A DNA stretch of 64,000 nucleotides. Source: Monocercomonoides exilis PA203. Lineage: Eukaryota; Protista; Preaxostyla. This document shows positions 61,040 through 64,000 of the stretch, one piece after another. The translations under genes and the position numbers were made by a program. The notes beneath the pieces are model-generated. The model had not been told where the DNA came from and made no database searches. It was given only the letters and a program-made list of their open reading frames with translations. The stretch covers positions 372,001 to 436,000 of the forward strand of contig LSRY02000055.1 of NCBI GenBank assembly GCA_001643675.2. Reading direction: 5' to 3'. Within the stretch, counting starts at the first letter, position 1, and every line of letters starts with the position of its first letter.

Positions 61040-62203
61040 ATGAAGGGAGCCTTGAGAGCATCTGGGACTTTTACCGGGTTCCCAGTTGGGAGCGCCCTGG
61101 AGGTGAGCTCGAAGACAGCTATTGCAGAAACTCTCAAAGGGGAAGAGGATACACAGATGCAGCCTGGCAACAAGAAGCTAGGAGTGAACAGGAGTACAGC
61201 GAGTGGATCACTGAAGGAGCCATTTCCGAGGAGACTGGTGAACAGGCTGAGCTAGTGGAAGAAAATTGGGGGAGACAAGTTAGTGAGCCGTGAAATAAGA
61301 GCTCGATGGAAAAGTTCCCAGTCCCTAATTTCACTCGAGAAGAGAAGAAACAGACAAGAGTTTTGGTTAACAACAGAGATGATGAACAATTATTTATCCC
61401 TCTTGGAGGAGGAATTGAAGGACGGAGGAGTGAAGCCCATACTGGAGTCGGAGGTGAAGTGGTTCAATCCGACATTCATGGTCCGGAAGAAGAACGGAAA
61501 GTGGAGGAAGATTCTGGATTGCAGAGCTCTGAACGAGGAAGTGCTAGGGAAACACTTCAAGATGGATTCCCAGGAGACAGTTGTGGAACTCCTGGAGGAG
61601 AACGATTGGATGACTACGCTCGACATATCGAGTGCTTATCAACATGTCAAAGTGGACGAGCAGTTCAGTCCCTTTCTGTGCTTCAGCTTTCAAAGTCAAT
61701 GTTATTCCTACGAAGGGATGCTCTTTGGAGCAAAGGACGCGCCCAGAGTATTCACGAAGATAATGAGACGGGCGGAGTCAAATATCAGAGAAGAGTGGAA
61801 AGTGAAGCTAGTGATTCACCTGGACGACATCCTCCTCATGCACCCAGACAGGGATGCATTGAGATCGATCTCACAGGAGATAGCCCAGTTCCTGAGGAAT
61901 CTGGGCTGGATTCTGTCGGAGGAAAAACTGAAGTTGGAAACCGCAAGGAGCGTGGAGTTTCTGGGATGGTCGTGGAACTCAGAGAAGATGGAAGTGACGC
62001 TCCAAGAAAGGAAGAGAGTGCTACTCCTGGAGGATGTGCAAAAATGGATAGCACATGCAAAGGAAAGAAGGAGACAAAAAAAAAGAGATCTTGCAGCACT
62101 CCTCGGGAGGTTGAATTTTGTGAGGTTACAACGCCCACAAGCGAGTTTGAAGATGATGCGAATGCAATATGCGCTGAGGCAGGCGATAGCCCGCGGAGGC
62201 TGA
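61040..62203 (+). pseudogene. Reverse transcriptase of the DIRS-like element
   Basis: WFNPTFMVRKKNGKWRKILDCRALN, FKMD, LDISSAYQHV, GMLFGAKDAPRVFTKIM, HLDD (YxDD position) and EFLG motifs. In-frame stops at 61253 and 62201. Confidence 0.92.
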
Positions 62204-62743
62204 AAGGGAACGGTAATAGCCAACCCAATGATTCTAGGAGAATTAACACATAGGAGAAAGACCCTGCAAGAAAACAGACCAAGGAGTCTGAAGAGAAGGA
62301 ACAGGCCAGCAGTACTGACGACGGACGCTTCTGAGCTGGGATGGGGTGCAGCGTTAACAATACCGAAAGAGAACAGGGATGAGAAGATATATGTCCATGG
62401 AAGTCGGACCCACCAGGAGAGTGCGTTAGCAATAAACGAGAAAAAGTCTAGAGCAGTGTTGAGGACACCAGAGAGAAAGGGAGCATGGCTGAAAGAACAG
62501 GAGATAGATCATATCTGTCTGAGGACAGACAATATGTCCACGAGATGGACAATACAGAAGAAGAGGGGAGCGCCATCGCTCATACAAACACTGAGAGCAC
62601 CGGAGAAGAAACTGAACAGCCTGGACATTACGATACAGACTGATCACCTCCCGGGAGAGCAGAACACGATAGCAGATGCACTCAGCAGGATGGCAAAAAA
62701 GCCGGACTGTGAACTGAAGGGGGAGAAGGTCGCAGAGATGTAG
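62204..62743 (+). pseudogene. RNase H domain of the DIRS-like element
   Basis: TTDASELGWGA, INEK, LRTDN and HLPGEQNTIADALSR motifs, in the same frame as the RT. Confidence 0.9.
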
Positions 62744-62827
62744 CAAATAGTCGAACCGAAAATACTAGATACAATCTTAGAACCGACTGTGCCAGTGCCC
62801 TGTTGAAGTACTTGGAGACTATCCTCT

Positions 62828-63181
62828 TTGAGAAGGAAGAGAGAGAGAGAAATGCAAGGAAACGAGATAGTGCTAGTCCACCCGTTCCTGAGAAATATTG
62901 AACGTGTGTTGAAAGAGAAGATGAAGGAAGCCCAGAGGGATCTGAGGACTCTTATTCTGCCAGCCTGGCGGGGGCAGACCTGGACCCCGCTACTGCAGCC
63001 TGGGCATTCGATAAAGACCCTGGGGACCTTTCAGGAGTGCATGATACCGGGAGCGAAGATGAGAAAGGAAGGAAGGAAATTACCCCCACAAGAAGTTAGA
63101 AGTATTAGACTGGAGACGAAAATATCCCAGGAAGGGACCTATTCCTCACATGAGGTGAATAAGTTGGAGCAAGGGACATAG
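62828..63181 (+). pseudogene. Remnant of the DIRS methyltransferase-like (MT) region
   Basis: LVHP..I.RVL.K...LILPAWRGQTW resembles the C-terminal half of the DIRS MT domain and sits between RNase H and YR. Confidence 0.5.
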
Positions 63182-64000
63182 CTGCAACAATACTAAAAAA
63201 TCAAAAGGGCGAAAGAGATACCTGGAGAGCGCTGCAAAGATTCAAACAATTCCTAGATAGAGAGAGCATGGATGTCATTGACCCCCCTCACAAACAAAGA
63301 TGCCAAATGGATTATAGCAGAGTTTATTGAAACTCTATCCAATACTAACCTCTCAAATGGAGTGATTCATCAGACAGTTCGGAAAGTACTGGAGTCCATC
63401 AACCTTTTTCGAGAAACCAAGATCGATCGAAAGGACATTGAAATATTCCTAAAGACCTATGTGGGGGATAAACCGAGAAGGGGCAAACGATACAAATCAA
63501 TGTGGGACTTTGCAATCATTACGAAATGGGCTGAAATCACCTTCGACACAAAAGATAAACTGACACTCCAGAGGAGAGCGCTTATCCTCACTATGATCTT
63601 TGGAGCTTTAAGGCCAGCAGAGCTGGAGAGAATGAGGAGTGAGACAACGATATTCAAAGATAACTCTATCCAGACACAAGAACGAACCAAGACGTCGGGA
63701 GGTGAGATTGTCAAAGTTATAATACGGAAACACCCCAACCCACGTATCGATGCAGTAGAGGCGCTCCAACGTTGGATGGACTATGTGAAGACGACCTTTA
63801 AGTGCGAAAATGTGTGGTTCGACACAGAAGGGAGTAGACCCGCTAACCTACAGAAGATCAAAGAAGAACTAAGAGCTATTTTGAGAGAGAACGAAATTCC
63901 CGAAACTTTCACCGCGTACTCTATAAGACTCGCAGTGATTACACACTCAGCAAGACAAGAAGGAGCGGACTGGAAGGCGATCAATGCGTATGCGAGATGG
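63180..64000 (+). CDS. Tyrosine recombinase of the DIRS-like element (partial; frameshift near 63285; open to the window end)
   Basis: My translation: RYKSMWD...LILTMIFGALRPAEL...RTKT...DAVEALQRW...FTAYSIRLAVIT...INAYARW, matching the R, K, (H/Y)xxR and W catalytic motifs. It is absent from the ORF track because no stop occurs in the window. Confidence 0.88.

Larger units (their letters stand above)
58665..64000 (+). mobile_element. DIRS-like tyrosine-recombinase retrotransposon, decayed, running off the window
   Basis: Domain order is gag-like, RT, RNase H, MT-like remnant, tyrosine recombinase. GC is higher than the surroundings, and there is a sharp left junction inside the ARM-like pseudogene. 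Confidence 0.9.

Noticed and set aside
1482-62203. Diversity-generating retroelement (RT near variable repeats)
   Set aside because: The RT is DIRS-type with RNase H and YR, and it is decayed. Differences between cassettes are block-wise and involve all bases rather than adenine-specific changes, and no template/variable repeat pair is seen.
58801-63181. Alternative genetic code (TAA/TAG = Gln, as in some oxymonads) explaining the stops
   Set aside because: Eleven cassette cores use only CAA/CAG for Gln with no in-frame TAA/TAG, and many of the DIRS stops are TGA.
1-64000. Telomeric repeats, rRNA or tRNA genes
   Set aside because: None were recognisable by eye.

Overview
AT-rich eukaryotic DNA in the standard genetic code. 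The protein families resemble those of the oxymonad Monocercomonoides; this is recognition by eye, not a search result. Bases 1 to ~54,300 form a chain of five interlocking giant palindromes, with axes at about 245, 14,708, 29,220, 40,133 and 50,987 and non-palindromic spacers of about 100-275 bp. The chain carries 11 copies (A, B, C, C', B', D, D', E, E', F, F') of a Cys-rich parallel beta-helix gene with GGA(I)/GGG and FxxC repeats. Every copy has a decayed 5' end and most break off at different 3' points, yet the ~1.3-1.7 kb core has no stop codons. The cores are patchworks of each other's segments. In some mirror pairs (D/D') the coding cores diverge strongly while the non-coding flanks stay near-identical. 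My leading hypothesis is a palindromic archive of silent donor cassettes diversified by segmental gene conversion, for antigenic variation or a variable receptor. Between cassettes lie reused ~2 kb flanking modules, decayed helical-repeat pseudogenes and microsatellites. From ~58,665 to the window end is a decayed DIRS-like tyrosine-recombinase retrotransposon (gag, RT, RNase H, YR). Its gag holds two nested TIR elements. All alignments were done by eye, so outer boundaries are approximate.
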